Positions 9,681 through 19,949 of a stretch of 64,000 nucleotides of DNA are shown one piece after another; within the stretch, counting starts at the first letter, position 1, and each line of letters starts with the position of its first letter. The DNA lies in contig JBMZDK010000001.1 of the NCBI GenBank assembly GCA_049614265.1, positions 1,400 through 65,399 on the forward strand, in the 5' to 3' direction. The position numbers and the translations under genes were made by a program. This stretch comes from Thiolinea sp. (GTDB taxonomy: Bacteria > Pseudomonadota > Gammaproteobacteria > Thiotrichales > Thiotrichaceae). The notes beneath the pieces are model-generated. The model made no database searches. It worked only from the letters and a program-made list of their open reading frames with translations, and was not told the origin of the DNA.

Positions 9681-12098
9681 TCAGCTACGTAATAACGAGG
9701 CATCCGCATCATACAATGGTTGCGTGATAACTTGTGCCGCCCGCTTTTCACCCAAAATTTCAATCTCTACCTCAGCACCTTCGGCAATCATCTCAACCGG
9801 CATAAAACCAATCGCCACCGACTTCTGCGACCAGTGCGCATAACCACCGGAAGTAACAAACCCCACAATCTCACCCGCCTTCCAGATCGGTTCGTCTGCA
9901 TTAACATCGGCTGTATCTGCGTCGACCACAAACGTGGCTAATTTACGTATAGCCCCGGTATTACGTTCTTCCAGAGCAGCCGCTTTACCGATAAAGTCAG
10001 CTGTTTTGTCATAAGCCACAAACCGATCCAGCCCGGTCTCCATCGGCAGGTAATCCGGCTTAAACTCGCGCAACCAGGAACCAAACCCCTTTTCAAGCCG
10101 CAAACTCATCATTGCCCGCATGCCAAATGGCTTCATACCAAATGCTTCACCAGCCTCAGCTAATGCCTTATAGAGTGAGACCTGCTGGCTATTGTCTACG
10201 TAAATTTCATAACCAAGCCCACCGGTATAACTAACGCGCTGCACAATGGCGTCACACAACCCCACTTCACCCTTGCGCACGCCCAAAAATGGAAACGCCG
10301 CAGTCGACAGGTCAATATTTGTTACTTTAGCCAGTACATCACGCGCTTTAGGCCCGGCAATCTGTAAGCCAATACGCTGTAGTGAAATATTACGCAGCTC
10401 AACACCAGACTCAGGCAAATGCTGTTCAAACCAGCGTTGGTGATAAGCCTGTGCACCATAGGATGATGTCAGCTGATAATGATTCTCCGCCAGACGCGAA
10501 ATCGTGAAGTCACCAATAATTTTACCCCGGGGGCTTAACATGGGTGTCAGGGTAAGACGCCCAACCTTAGGTATGCGGCCGGCCATAATCACATCAAGCC
10601 AATCGGTAGCGCCTTCGCCGGTGACCTCAAACTTACCAAAGTTATGAATCTCATTAATCCCCACCGCTTCGCGTACCGCACGGCATTCTGCAGCGACCGC
10701 TTCAAACGCATTAGAACGGTGGAAACTGGGTGTTTCAAACAACGGCTCACCTTCCGGCGCAAAGTAATTCACGTGCTCAAGTCCAAATCCCTGCCCGAAA
10801 ACAGCGCGTTGCTGCTGCCAGACACCATACATTGGCGTAGTGTGTAACGGACGTCCGGCCGGGAGTTCCTCGTTTGGATAGGATACTGAAAAACGTTTCT
10901 GGTAATTCTCAATGACCTTATTACGTGTGTAAGAACGCGTACAAAAATTACCAAAGCGTGCAACGTCCATCGCCATGACATCACGCGACGGCTCACCCTC
11001 AATCATCCATTCCGCCAATGTCAGGCCCACACCACCACCCTGACTAAAACCGGCCATCACCGCACAGGCAGACCAGAAGTTACGTAAGCCCGGAACCGGC
11101 CCCACCAGAGGGTTACCATCCGGTGCAAAGGTAAACGGGCCGTTAATGACTCGTTTCACTCCGGCCTCAGCCAACACCGGAAAACGCTCGTACGCAATAT
11201 CCAGCGAATCACCAATTTTCTCCAGCTTGTCATTCAGCAACTCATGGCCAAAACTCCAGGAAGTACCGTCCACCGCCCATGGTTCACAGGCCTGCTCATA
11301 AAAACCAATGCACAACCCCCGCCCTTCCTGCCGCAAATAACTTTCCCCGGCCGGATCCATTACGTGTGGCAGTTCAGTATCGCGGTTATATACTTCCGCA
11401 ATTTCATCCGTAATCAGATACTGATGTTCCATCGGGTGCAGTGGCAGATTCACACCAACCATATGCCCTACTTCACGCGCCCATAATCCGGCGGCATTGA
11501 CCACATGCTCAGCAACGATAGTGCCTTTATCTGTTTGTACTTCCCAACTGCTATCAGGACGCTGCTGCAAGCCTTCAACATGGGTATACAAGTAAATTTC
11601 CGCCCCTTTCATCTTCGCCGCATTAGCGTAGGCATGCGTAGTGCCATAAGGATCCAGGTGACCATCCAGCGGGTCGTATAAAGCACCAATAACACCGTCA
11701 GTATTAGTGATTGGGGAAAGTTTACGAATTTCTTCCGGGCCAACAATTTCAGTGTTCAGCCCCATGTACTGATGTTTAGCACGTTCAGCTTTCAAATAGT
11801 CCATACGCTCAGGTGTAGTCGCCAGCGTGACACCACCAACATGATGTAAGCCACAGGACTGGCCGGAGACTTCTTCCAGCTCTTTATAAAGTTCAATGGT
11901 ATAACCCTGGAGTGCGGCCATATTAGTATCGGCATTAAGGGTATGGAAACCACCGGCTGCATGCCAGGTAGAACCGGAAGTCAGTTCAGAGCGCTCAATC
12001 AGCACCACATCAGTCCAGCCAAGTTTAGTGAGGTGATAAAGTACGCTGGCCCCGACGACACCACCGCCAATGACGGCAACCTGAGTATGTGATTTCAT
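9681..12098 (-). CDS. GcvT-family FAD-dependent oxidoreductase (dimethylglycine/sarcosine dehydrogenase-like)
   Basis: VIGGGVVG FAD motif, GSTWHAAG (covalent-FAD His), PFTFAPDGNP, C-terminal folate-binding domain (SLRLEKGF, GFVTSGGY). RBS AGGAG. Confidence 0.92.
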   Translation of the reverse strand: MKSHTQVAVIGGGVVGASVLYHLTKLGWTDVVLIERSELTSGSTWHAAGGFHTLNADTNMAALQGYTIELYKELEEVSGQSCGLHHVGGVTLATTPERMDYLKAERAKHQYMGLNTEIVGPEEIRKLSPITNTDGVIGALYDPLDGHLDPYGTTHAYANAAKMKGAEIYLYTHVEGLQQRPDSSWEVQTDKGTIVAEHVVNAAGLWAREVGHMVGVNLPLHPMEHQYLITDEIAEVYNRDTELPHVMDPAGESYLRQEGRGLCIGFYEQACEPWAVDGTSWSFGHELLNDKLEKIGDSLDIAYERFPVLAEAGVKRVINGPFTFAPDGNPLVGPVPGLRNFWSACAVMAGFSQGGGVGLTLAEWMIEGEPSRDVMAMDVARFGNFCTRSYTRNKVIENYQKRFSVSYPNEELPAGRPLHTTPMYGVWQQQRAVFGQGFGLEHVNYFAPEGEPLFETPSFHRSNAFEAVAAECRAVREAVGINEIHNFGKFEVTGEGATDWLDVIMAGRIPKVGRLTLTPMLSPRGKIIGDFTISRLAENHYQLTSSYGAQAYHQRWFEQHLPESGVELRNISLQRIGLQIAGPKARDVLAKVTNIDLSTAAFPFLGVRKGEVGLCDAIVQRVSYTGGLGYEIYVDNSQQVSLYKALAEAGEAFGMKPFGMRAMMSLRLEKGFGSWLREFKPDYLPMETGLDRFVAYDKTADFIGKAAALEERNTGAIRKLATFVVDADTADVNADEPIWKAGEIVGFVTSGGYAHWSQKSVAIGFMPVEMIAEGAEVEIEILGEKRAAQVITQPLYDADASLLRS

Positions 12099-12220
12099 GC
12101 TGTTCTCCTGTGCTGAACTGAACGCATGATAACCTGTTGCTGAGTCTCAATGAATACCTCTGCAAAGGGTTTTAACGGAAATTAAGACCTGGTGGAATGT
12201 AGCAGAACCCAGAGACCAGA

Positions 12221-14005
12221 CTAATAGGTAGCCGCCCCTGTTTTTTCATGAGCTGAAAGCTTACAGCGGTAAGTAGCAACCTGATTCCGCCCGGCAGATT
12301 TCGCCTCATACATAGCCTGATCAGCAAAGCGTAGTAGCTCCTTGGTAGACAATCCGCCGGTATTATATTGCCTCACTGTGCCAATGGAGAGCGTAAATGG
12401 CAGTTGCTCACCTTCCATTTCAAGTGGTTCCTGTTCTGCACAACGGCAAATATTTTGCGCACACTCCGCCAGAACAGCCTTACTTGCCTGATGAATATAC
12501 ACAATAAATTCATCGCCACCCAGGCGTGCAGCCAGATCACCGGGTCGTATGGAGCGTTGCAAAATAGCAGATAAATGCTTCAGAGCCTGGTCACCCGCCT
12601 CATGACCATAACAATCATTGAGGTGTTTAAATTTATCAACATCAATCATGATGATGCCAATATACTCACCGATCTCCTGCTGCAAGACACCACTTAAATA
12701 TTCGGTAAAATAGCGCCGGTTTGATAACGATGTCAGATAATCCTGAGTACTCTGTTCATAGAGTTGCCGGTTTTTTTCACGCAACTCTGCAGTAGCCAGT
12801 TCGATATCTCTTTTAAGAGAAGCATTCAAACGCTGAACTTCTGTATGAGAATGTTGCAAACCGGATAACAAATGTGAGAATGAATCCCATAATTGCATTA
12901 TTTCGCCGGGCGTATTGGGCGGTGCCTCACCAAGGTTGGCCGTGACATAATTTCCGTCGGACTTATGTGTAAGCCGGGTAAGCAAATTTATTGGCTGAGT
13001 AATTTTTCTGGTTAGCAGCGCGGCAGTGATTAAAGCGATGAACACCCCAATCAACAACCACACCATGGTTTGTGAACGGGCATCATCAAGCATTTGGGTC
13101 AATTCTGCTTTTGGCTGGACAATCATAATCCCCCAGCCCAGCGTAGGTATCGTACTGAATCCGGCGACCATATCTTTCTTTAACACAGGAGAATAGAATT
13201 CTGAGATTCCGGACTCTCCCGCCAACATCTTTTTTACAATACTTACCTTAGACAGATCTTTTATTGACTGAACCCACTTCTTATTTGGATGAGACGCCAG
13301 TTGCCCGGCACTATCAACGACTGCACAATGGCCTTTCACACCAAATTTGATCAGTGAACACATGGAACTGATCTGTTCCAGAGAAACCTCAGCGTAGATA
13401 ACCCCTGTGTTCTTTTTATTCTGATCAACAATGTGGTGTTTCATCAGGATTACCGGCTTGTTGGCCAACAAACTACTGAACATTGGGGACAGATAATCCC
13501 TGCCACCCTCGCTTCCATCTAAAACCGGCAATGCTGACAACTTTAATCCTGAATAGTCAGGTCTTTGCCATTCATGATCCCGGGAACCAAATTTAGTAAT
13601 ATACTCTACCGTCCCTTCGGGGTGACTGACATAGGATAACGCCACAAAATTTCCGAAGGAGTTCAGGTACCTATCTAATAAACGATAAACCCTGAGCTTT
13701 TTATTTTCCGGCTGGAATGGTTTAGAACCACCATTCAGCCTTTGTATTGAGTCAAGGCTCCGCAACTCCTGCCCCAGAGCATGCAGTGCTTCCTGACGGG
13801 TAGAAAAGAAAAGCGAGAATGGCTTGATTAGCGCTTCAGAAATCAAATGGTGTTTTTCGACCATGCGTTTTTCAACCTGTTGCCATGAGTTTTGGAACAG
13901 GCTGTAAACAAAGAAACCAATCGGTAGAAGCAGTACAAGTACAAAACTTGCCATAATCAGGCGTTTAATTGACCGCTCAAAGTAGTCCGCGAAGTATACC
14001 TTCAT
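12221..14005 (-). CDS. Membrane-bound diguanylate cyclase with periplasmic Cache-like sensor domain
   Basis: Two TM helices flank the periplasmic domain; QDYLTSLSNRR, MIDVDKFKHLND, RPGD (I-site) and RLGGDEF are intact. Confidence 0.93.
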   Translation of the reverse strand: MKVYFADYFERSIKRLIMASFVLVLLLPIGFFVYSLFQNSWQQVEKRMVEKHHLISEALIKPFSLFFSTRQEALHALGQELRSLDSIQRLNGGSKPFQPENKKLRVYRLLDRYLNSFGNFVALSYVSHPEGTVEYITKFGSRDHEWQRPDYSGLKLSALPVLDGSEGGRDYLSPMFSSLLANKPVILMKHHIVDQNKKNTGVIYAEVSLEQISSMCSLIKFGVKGHCAVVDSAGQLASHPNKKWVQSIKDLSKVSIVKKMLAGESGISEFYSPVLKKDMVAGFSTIPTLGWGIMIVQPKAELTQMLDDARSQTMVWLLIGVFIALITAALLTRKITQPINLLTRLTHKSDGNYVTANLGEAPPNTPGEIMQLWDSFSHLLSGLQHSHTEVQRLNASLKRDIELATAELREKNRQLYEQSTQDYLTSLSNRRYFTEYLSGVLQQEIGEYIGIIMIDVDKFKHLNDCYGHEAGDQALKHLSAILQRSIRPGDLAARLGGDEFIVYIHQASKAVLAECAQNICRCAEQEPLEMEGEQLPFTLSIGTVRQYNTGGLSTKELLRFADQAMYEAKSAGRNQVATYRCKLSAHEKTGAATY

Positions 14006-14095
14006 AGGAAACGATTATTATTTTTTTAATCCCAGGCCAGATGTCGCTATATTACAACACCAGAAATCAGCACACGCAGATTTCCGACAATCCGT

Positions 14096-15121
14096 TTAGC
14101 CCGATGAAGAAGCTGCCCAAAGATTGATTCCGGCTTCCAGCGCATAACGATCGATTTCCGCCAACTCCTCAGTGCTAAAAGCACGCTTTGCCAGTGCCCC
14201 GACACAATCATCAACCTGTTCAACTGAGCTGGCCCCAATCAGTGCGGTGGTCACCCTGGAATCACGCAACACCCAGGCAATTGCCATTTGTGCCAATGTT
14301 TGTTCACGGCTAGCTGCAATGTCATTCAATGCCCGGATATTCGCCAGATTTTCTGCTGACAAAAAATCCGGATTCAGTGACTTTTCTTTGGCAGCACGAC
14401 TGCTGTCCGGCACACCATTCAGATACTTCGTGGTTAACATGCCCTGTGCCAGCGGAGAGAACACAATTGAACCGACGCCCAAATCCTCCAGTGTATCCAG
14501 CAAACCATCGTCTTCCACCCAACGATTCAACATGGAATAACTGGGTTGGTGAATCAAACATGGCGTACCCAGTTCATTCAAAATCGCTACAGCCTCACGG
14601 GTGCGCTGCGAATTATAAGATGAAATTCCTGCATACAACGCTCGTCCGGAACGAACGATATGATCGAGTGCCAGCATGGTTTCTTCTAACGGTGTATCCG
14701 GATCAAAGCGATGTGAATAGAAAATATCGACATAATCCAACCCCATACGTTTCAGACTCTGGTCACAACTGGCAATCAGGTATTTGCGGCTGCCAAATTC
14801 ACCATACGGCCCCGGCCACATGTGGTAACCGGCTTTAGAAGAAATAATGAGTTCATCTCGATAAGCAGCGAAATCCTGTTTCAGAATTTGTCCAAAAGCA
14901 AGTTCAGCTGACCCCGGAGGCGGGCCATAATTATTGGCCAGATCAAAGTGAGTAATGCCGAGATCGAAAGCGCGACGGCATATCGCCTGTTTAGCCCCAT
15001 GAGCGACATCATCGCCGAAGTTGTGCCATAACCCCAAAGAAATAGCCGGAAGCTGTAAACCGGAGCGGCCACAGCGTTGATAGGTCATAGTGTCATAACG
15101 GTTCTGACTGGCTTGCCACAT
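14096..15121 (-). CDS. gpr: Aldo/keto reductase (L-glyceraldehyde-3-phosphate reductase YghZ/Gpr type)
   Basis: LPAISLGLWHNFG, FDLANNYGPPPGSAE, ISSKAGY, DYVDIFYSHR. Confidence 0.9.
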   Translation of the reverse strand: MWQASQNRYDTMTYQRCGRSGLQLPAISLGLWHNFGDDVAHGAKQAICRRAFDLGITHFDLANNYGPPPGSAELAFGQILKQDFAAYRDELIISSKAGYHMWPGPYGEFGSRKYLIASCDQSLKRMGLDYVDIFYSHRFDPDTPLEETMLALDHIVRSGRALYAGISSYNSQRTREAVAILNELGTPCLIHQPSYSMLNRWVEDDGLLDTLEDLGVGSIVFSPLAQGMLTTKYLNGVPDSSRAAKEKSLNPDFLSAENLANIRALNDIAASREQTLAQMAIAWVLRDSRVTTALIGASSVEQVDDCVGALAKRAFSTEELAEIDRYALEAGINLWAASSSG

Positions 15122-15180
15122 TGTTCTTTACTCCATAGTTTTGAGGAAATTGCACTTCTGATCAGCAGACACAATAAGCA

Positions 15181-16140
15181 TCAGCACAACCCGGCTTTAG
15201 CTGCTTCATATTCCCGTTTGAATCGTGCAATCAAATCTCCGGCCGGGCCGATTTGTTCAATCGCGCCAATACCCTGGCCACAGCCCCAGATATCTTTCCA
15301 GGCTTTCTTTTTACTTTCCCGCGCCGAAGAAAAATCCATTTTGGTCGGATCGGCTTCCGGCAAGTTATCCGGATCCATGCCTGCGGCACTAATGGATGGC
15401 TTTAGATAATTACCATGAATACCGGTAAAATAATTCGAATAAACAATGTCTTCTGCACCATTTGCCACAATGCACTGCTTATACTCTTCCGATGCACGTG
15501 CCTCATTAGTAGCAATAAACGGGGAACCAATATAAGCAGCATCTGCCCCCATCGCCTGAGCCGCCAGTATCGCCCCGCCATTTGCAATCGAACCGGATAA
15601 TAGTAATGGCCCGTCAAACCACTGCCGAATTTCCTGCGTGAGTGCAAATGGCGAGAGTTTGCCGGCATGACCACCTGCTCCGGCAGCAACCGCAATTAAA
15701 CCATTAGCCCCTTTATTTATAGCGGAGTGAGCATGTTTCTGATTCGTAATATCGTGGAAAGTAATTCCACCATAAGACTGAACAGCCTGATTAACCTCTG
15801 GCACCGCTCCCAGTGAAGTAATCACCATTGGCACCTTGTATTTCACACATAATTCCAGATCAGCCATCAGACGCTCATTGGATTTATGCACAATTTGGTT
15901 TACTGCAAATGGGGCAGCTGGTTGTTCAGGGTTTGCTGCATTGTAAGACTCCAGCGTCTCCGTAATTTCCGCCAGCCATTCATCCAGCTGTGCAAGCGGC
16001 CGGGCATTCAAAGCAGGAAATGAACCAACAACTCCAGCTTTGCACTGAGCAATCACCAGTTTTGGATTAGAAATAATAAATAGTGGTGCACCCACTACCG
16101 GAACTGATAAACGCCCTTTCAGCAAATCTGGTAAAGCCAA
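15181..16140 (-). CDS. Nitronate monooxygenase / 2-nitropropane dioxygenase-family FMN oxidoreductase
   Basis: PVVGAPLFIIS, GAGGHAG, LLSGSIANG, AYIGSPFIAT. TTG start. Confidence 0.88.
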   Translation of the reverse strand: MALPDLLKGRLSVPVVGAPLFIISNPKLVIAQCKAGVVGSFPALNARPLAQLDEWLAEITETLESYNAANPEQPAAPFAVNQIVHKSNERLMADLELCVKYKVPMVITSLGAVPEVNQAVQSYGGITFHDITNQKHAHSAINKGANGLIAVAAGAGGHAGKLSPFALTQEIRQWFDGPLLLSGSIANGGAILAAQAMGADAAYIGSPFIATNEARASEEYKQCIVANGAEDIVYSNYFTGIHGNYLKPSISAAGMDPDNLPEADPTKMDFSSARESKKKAWKDIWGCGQGIGAIEQIGPAGDLIARFKREYEAAKAGLC

Positions 16141-16331
16141 GTGTATTCCCCTTATCTGTTAAAACACTTCCATCAGCTATTTCAGCTAAGTAGAAGCTAT
16201 TCAGTTTGATTAACAGATTTTACACATGATTCGTGCATATTACTGTATCTCAGGAAAAATGCTGGGAGGTTATTACTGACAAGCGAGGGGGGAGTTAGAA
16301 GTGCTTTACAAAAGACGGGAAAATTACCCGG

Positions 16332-16359
16332 AACCCTTCCCCAATAAAGAGGAAGGGTT
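16332..16359. terminator. Hairpin AACCCTTCC-N10-GGAAGGGTT after the aap operon
   Basis: 9-bp stem just downstream of the stop at 16372. Confidence 0.55.
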
Positions 16360-16371
16360 AAAATTAGCTGA

Positions 16372-17148
16372 TTAGTGACCTAAAATCTGGCTCAGGAACA
16401 ACTTAGTCCGGTCGCTTTGTGGATTCCCAAAGAATTCATTTGGCTCATTCTGCTCAATAATCTGACCAGCATCCATAAAGATCACCCGGTTTGCCACTTC
16501 CTTAGCAAAACCCATCTCATGGGTTACACAGATCATCGTCATGCCTTCGTGTGCCAGTTCAATCATTACATCCAGCACCTCCTTGATCATTTCCGGATCA
16601 AGTGCCGAGGTTGGCTCATCAAACAGCATGATTTCAGGTGACATACACAATGCACGGGCAATAGCTACACGCTGTTGCTGACCGCCGGACAGCTGTCCCG
16701 GATATTTGTGCGCCTGTTCAGGAATTTTTACCCGTTCCAGATATTTCATCGCCGTTTTTTCAGCTTCTTTCTTAGGTGTTTTTTTCACCCAGATCGGAGC
16801 CAAAGTACAGTTTTCCATCACTGTCAGATGCGGAAAAAGATTGAAGTGCTGAAACACCATACCGACATCACGCCGAATGGAATCAATATTCTTCAGGTCA
16901 TTGGTGAGTTCAACACCATTCACCTCAATCAAACCTTTCTGATGTTCTTCCAAACGATTGATACAACGGATCAGGGTGGATTTCCCTGAACCTGATGGCC
17001 CACAGACGACTATCCGCTCACCTTTGGACACTTCCAGATTAATATCACGCAGCACATGGAACTGACCATACCATTTGTTCATTCCCTCGATGCGGATCAC
17101 AGTCTCATCCGAGATCACCATATTTTGAGATTGAGCTTGTGCACTCAT
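16372..17148 (-). CDS. aapP: General L-amino acid ABC transporter ATP-binding subunit
   Basis: [37 protein letters not shown]. Confidence 0.92.
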   Translation of the reverse strand: MSAQAQSQNMVISDETVIRIEGMNKWYGQFHVLRDINLEVSKGERIVVCGPSGSGKSTLIRCINRLEEHQKGLIEVNGVELTNDLKNIDSIRRDVGMVFQHFNLFPHLTVMENCTLAPIWVKKTPKKEAEKTAMKYLERVKIPEQAHKYPGQLSGGQQQRVAIARALCMSPEIMLFDEPTSALDPEMIKEVLDVMIELAHEGMTMICVTHEMGFAKEVANRVIFMDAGQIIEQNEPNEFFGNPQSDRTKLFLSQILGH

Positions 17149-17160
17149 CTATATTACTCC

Positions 17161-18618
17161 TTAAGATCTGTGGCCAGTATCGAGCTTGCGCTCAAGATAG
17201 ACCGAATAACGTGACATGCCAAAACAGAACACCCAGAAAATTGCCGCACAAACCAAGTAGCCCGTAGACGTTGTTGTGGGTGTCGACCAGGAGGAATCCG
17301 TAAAGGTGGACTGGATCATGCCCAGCAAATCAAATATCCCGATAATCAACACCAGCGTCGTGTCTTTAAACAAACCAATAAAGGTGTTCACAATTCCCGG
17401 GATAACGATCTTTAATGCCTGCGGTAAAACAATCAGACGTGTCATTTGTCCATATTGCAGACCAAGCGCCATTGCTCCTTCAAACTGCCCTTTAGGAATA
17501 GCCTGCAATCCACCACGGATCACCTCTGCCATATAAGCAGCAGAAAACAGCGCCACGCCGATGAGAGCACGTAACAGCTTATCGAATTCCCAGCCTTCAG
17601 AAATAATTACGGGATTTCCCGCATCATCCAGCAATGTTTTTCCGGCTGCATCCACAGCATATTCTGTACCGGGCAGGAAAAACGGCAGCATGACCGAGGA
17701 CATAAACAGCACGGTAATCAGGGGAACACCACGCCAGAATTCAATGAAACCGATCGACAGATAACGGATCAATGGCATCTGAGAACGCCTTCCCAGGGCA
17801 AACATAATACCCAGTGGCAGAGAAGCCGCAATACCGGTTAAAGCAACCACCAGCGTAACCAGAAGTCCACCCCAGAGAGAGGTCTCGACATGAGTTAAAC
17901 CAAAATCGACTGCGCAGAATATAGCAGCAACAAATAACCAGGCACTGGTATAACCGATCAGAGCAAACATATCGGCAAAAGCTTCAAAAACCGGGCCAAT
18001 TTTCCCCTGTCTGCCGAAATAAGATAAAACGATGCCTCCGACACTGAGAACTGCCAACATAATGAACGTTGAAGTCTCAATTTCAAAATGACCGCCAGTC
18101 AAAAGGATCAGGGTAATAACCGGGAAAATAGTAAGCATAAAAATGCCAACTATTTTGCGGAAAGGCGCCTTCTCAATAATCAGCCAGGCAATACCCACAG
18201 CGAGCATAACGAATACCAGATTGACCCGCCACAACTCCTCTCCGGGAAATGCTCCGTATACAATCAGTTTACTTTTGGCTGCAATATAAGGCCAGCAGGC
18301 TCCGACAGTGCCGGTAGCTGTTCCACCCTGATTTTCATTGGCACAGACTAAGCGTTTAATCCCCTCAGGATCATTCCAGATCGCTGAAATAAACGAAAAG
18401 TCAACCAAGCCAATAATGATGCCCACGCCTGAATACATCAACAGGAACGTAAGACCAATCATCAACAAAGACCGGATGGCATTACCAAACGAATTGAACT
18501 GTGCCATGGAAGCAAACATATTGTGCCATAGCCACCCCATCACCCCGCTTTCAGAAGCCGGGGCCGGTAAAGTAGGTGCTTCTTCTGTCCGCAGGTAAGC
18601 GTAAGATTTAGTACTCAT
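17161..18618 (-). CDS. aapM: General L-amino acid ABC transporter permease (AapM/BztC type, long)
   Basis: LWGGLLVTL, FWRGVPLITVL, AYMAEVIRGGLQAIPKGQFE, FKDTTLV. Confidence 0.9.
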   Translation of the reverse strand: MSTKSYAYLRTEEAPTLPAPASESGVMGWLWHNMFASMAQFNSFGNAIRSLLMIGLTFLLMYSGVGIIIGLVDFSFISAIWNDPEGIKRLVCANENQGGTATGTVGACWPYIAAKSKLIVYGAFPGEELWRVNLVFVMLAVGIAWLIIEKAPFRKIVGIFMLTIFPVITLILLTGGHFEIETSTFIMLAVLSVGGIVLSYFGRQGKIGPVFEAFADMFALIGYTSAWLFVAAIFCAVDFGLTHVETSLWGGLLVTLVVALTGIAASLPLGIMFALGRRSQMPLIRYLSIGFIEFWRGVPLITVLFMSSVMLPFFLPGTEYAVDAAGKTLLDDAGNPVIISEGWEFDKLLRALIGVALFSAAYMAEVIRGGLQAIPKGQFEGAMALGLQYGQMTRLIVLPQALKIVIPGIVNTFIGLFKDTTLVLIIGIFDLLGMIQSTFTDSSWSTPTTTSTGYLVCAAIFWVFCFGMSRYSVYLERKLDTGHRS

Positions 18619-18620
18619 GT

Positions 18621-19835
18621 CTAGCGCTCCACCAATTTAATTCGAGAGTTAAACCAGTTCATAAACAGCGACGTCCCCAGCGATATCACCAGATAAACCA
18701 GCATCATCATAAAGACCATCTCCAGTTCCTGACCCACCTGATTCAGCGCTGTACCGGCAAATACCGATACCACATCAGGATAAGCAATCGCCACAGCTAA
18801 TGAAGAGTTTTTGGTCAGGTTGAGATATTGCGATGTCAGTGGTGGAACAATGACACGCATAGCCTGTGGAATGATAACCAGGCGTAACGCAACATTGGGT
18901 TTTAATCCCAAAGCGGCACTGGCTTCAGACTGCCCTTTATGAACAGACAGTATTCCGGCCCGTACAATCTCAGCAATAAATGCAGCGGTATAAAGAGACA
19001 GGGCTAGCCAGACCGCCATCATCTCAGGCTTGATGACCATTCCCTCATCGCCAAATCCACGCTTAAAAATGGGGCCATCTTCTTTAAAGGTCGGCATCTC
19101 CCACTCCAGTGGGCTGCCATTGATGAGATAAACCAGAAAAGGCAGGCCAAGAATCAAAGCGACCTGAGTCCAGAACACAGGTAACTGCTTACCTGTATTA
19201 GCCTGTAATTTTTTGGCGAAATTAGAAAAGAGTATGGCGAGTACGATAGCACCGAAAAATGCGATCCAAACCGCATTAAAACCATCTTGAGGCATCGGGG
19301 CTGGCGCATATAAACCAGTGATATTAATCCCTATTTTTTCGCCAACCAGATCAATCTTTGAACGCGCATCAGGCATGGAGCGCAATACAAAGAAATACCA
19401 GAAAAAAAGCTGCAGAAGCAAAGGAACATTGCGCAGCACTTCGACATATACCGTAGCAAAGCTTTGCAAGACGATATTTTTAGAAAGCCGCATCACTCCC
19501 ATAATGAAACCGATAACAGTCGCTGCAATTACACCGAGTAAAGCAATGATGAGAGTATTCACTACCCCGGTAACGAATACGTCCCAGTAGGTAGAAACAC
19601 CAGGCGTATAATTGGTTACGCTGGTACCAAGAGAATCCAGAATCTGGAAGCCGGCAGTTTCACCGAGAAAGTCAAAGCCGACCTTTTTTTCCTGCTGTTG
19701 CAGGTTAGCAGCCGTGTTTGTGGCGACCCATACGACAAAAGCGACTAGTGCCAGTGCCACCAATACCTGAAATAAACCACTGCGATACTTCTGGTTATAA
19801 ATCAGTTTATAAAGAAAATTACTATTGCTGGCCAT
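18621..19835 (-). CDS. aapQ: General L-amino acid ABC transporter permease (AapQ/BztB type)
   Basis: GFDFL, RNVPLLLQ, AFIAEIVRAGILSVHKGQSEA, LNLTKNSSLA. Confidence 0.9.
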   Translation of the reverse strand: MASNSNFLYKLIYNQKYRSGLFQVLVALALVAFVVWVATNTAANLQQQEKKVGFDFLGETAGFQILDSLGTSVTNYTPGVSTYWDVFVTGVVNTLIIALLGVIAATVIGFIMGVMRLSKNIVLQSFATVYVEVLRNVPLLLQLFFWYFFVLRSMPDARSKIDLVGEKIGINITGLYAPAPMPQDGFNAVWIAFFGAIVLAILFSNFAKKLQANTGKQLPVFWTQVALILGLPFLVYLINGSPLEWEMPTFKEDGPIFKRGFGDEGMVIKPEMMAVWLALSLYTAAFIAEIVRAGILSVHKGQSEASAALGLKPNVALRLVIIPQAMRVIVPPLTSQYLNLTKNSSLAVAIAYPDVVSVFAGTALNQVGQELEMVFMMMLVYLVISLGTSLFMNWFNSRIKLVER

Positions 19836-19868
19836 GCGCCCTACCCACAGTCAGAATCAAAAGATAAA

Positions 19869-19919
19869 CAAAGAGGCCACATAAAGTGACCTCTTTGAAG
19901 TTACCGGATAACCGGTAAC
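19869..19919 (-). terminator. Two tandem hairpins between aapJ and aapQ (GTTACCGG-N4-CCGGTAAC, and CAAAGAGG..CCTCTTTG followed by U-rich sequence on the - strand)
   Basis: Perfect 8-bp stem at 19900-19919 and a near-perfect stem at 19869-19897. This position after a binding-protein gene is typical of mRNA stabilisation or partial termination. Confidence 0.65.
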
Positions 19920-19949
19920 AAGATCAGATCATACTAAACCAGTGCTGTA

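Noticed and set aside
12099-12220. Glycine riboswitch upstream of the GcvT-family gene
   Set aside because: The gap is only about 120 bp, and the conserved glycine-aptamer motifs are not present.
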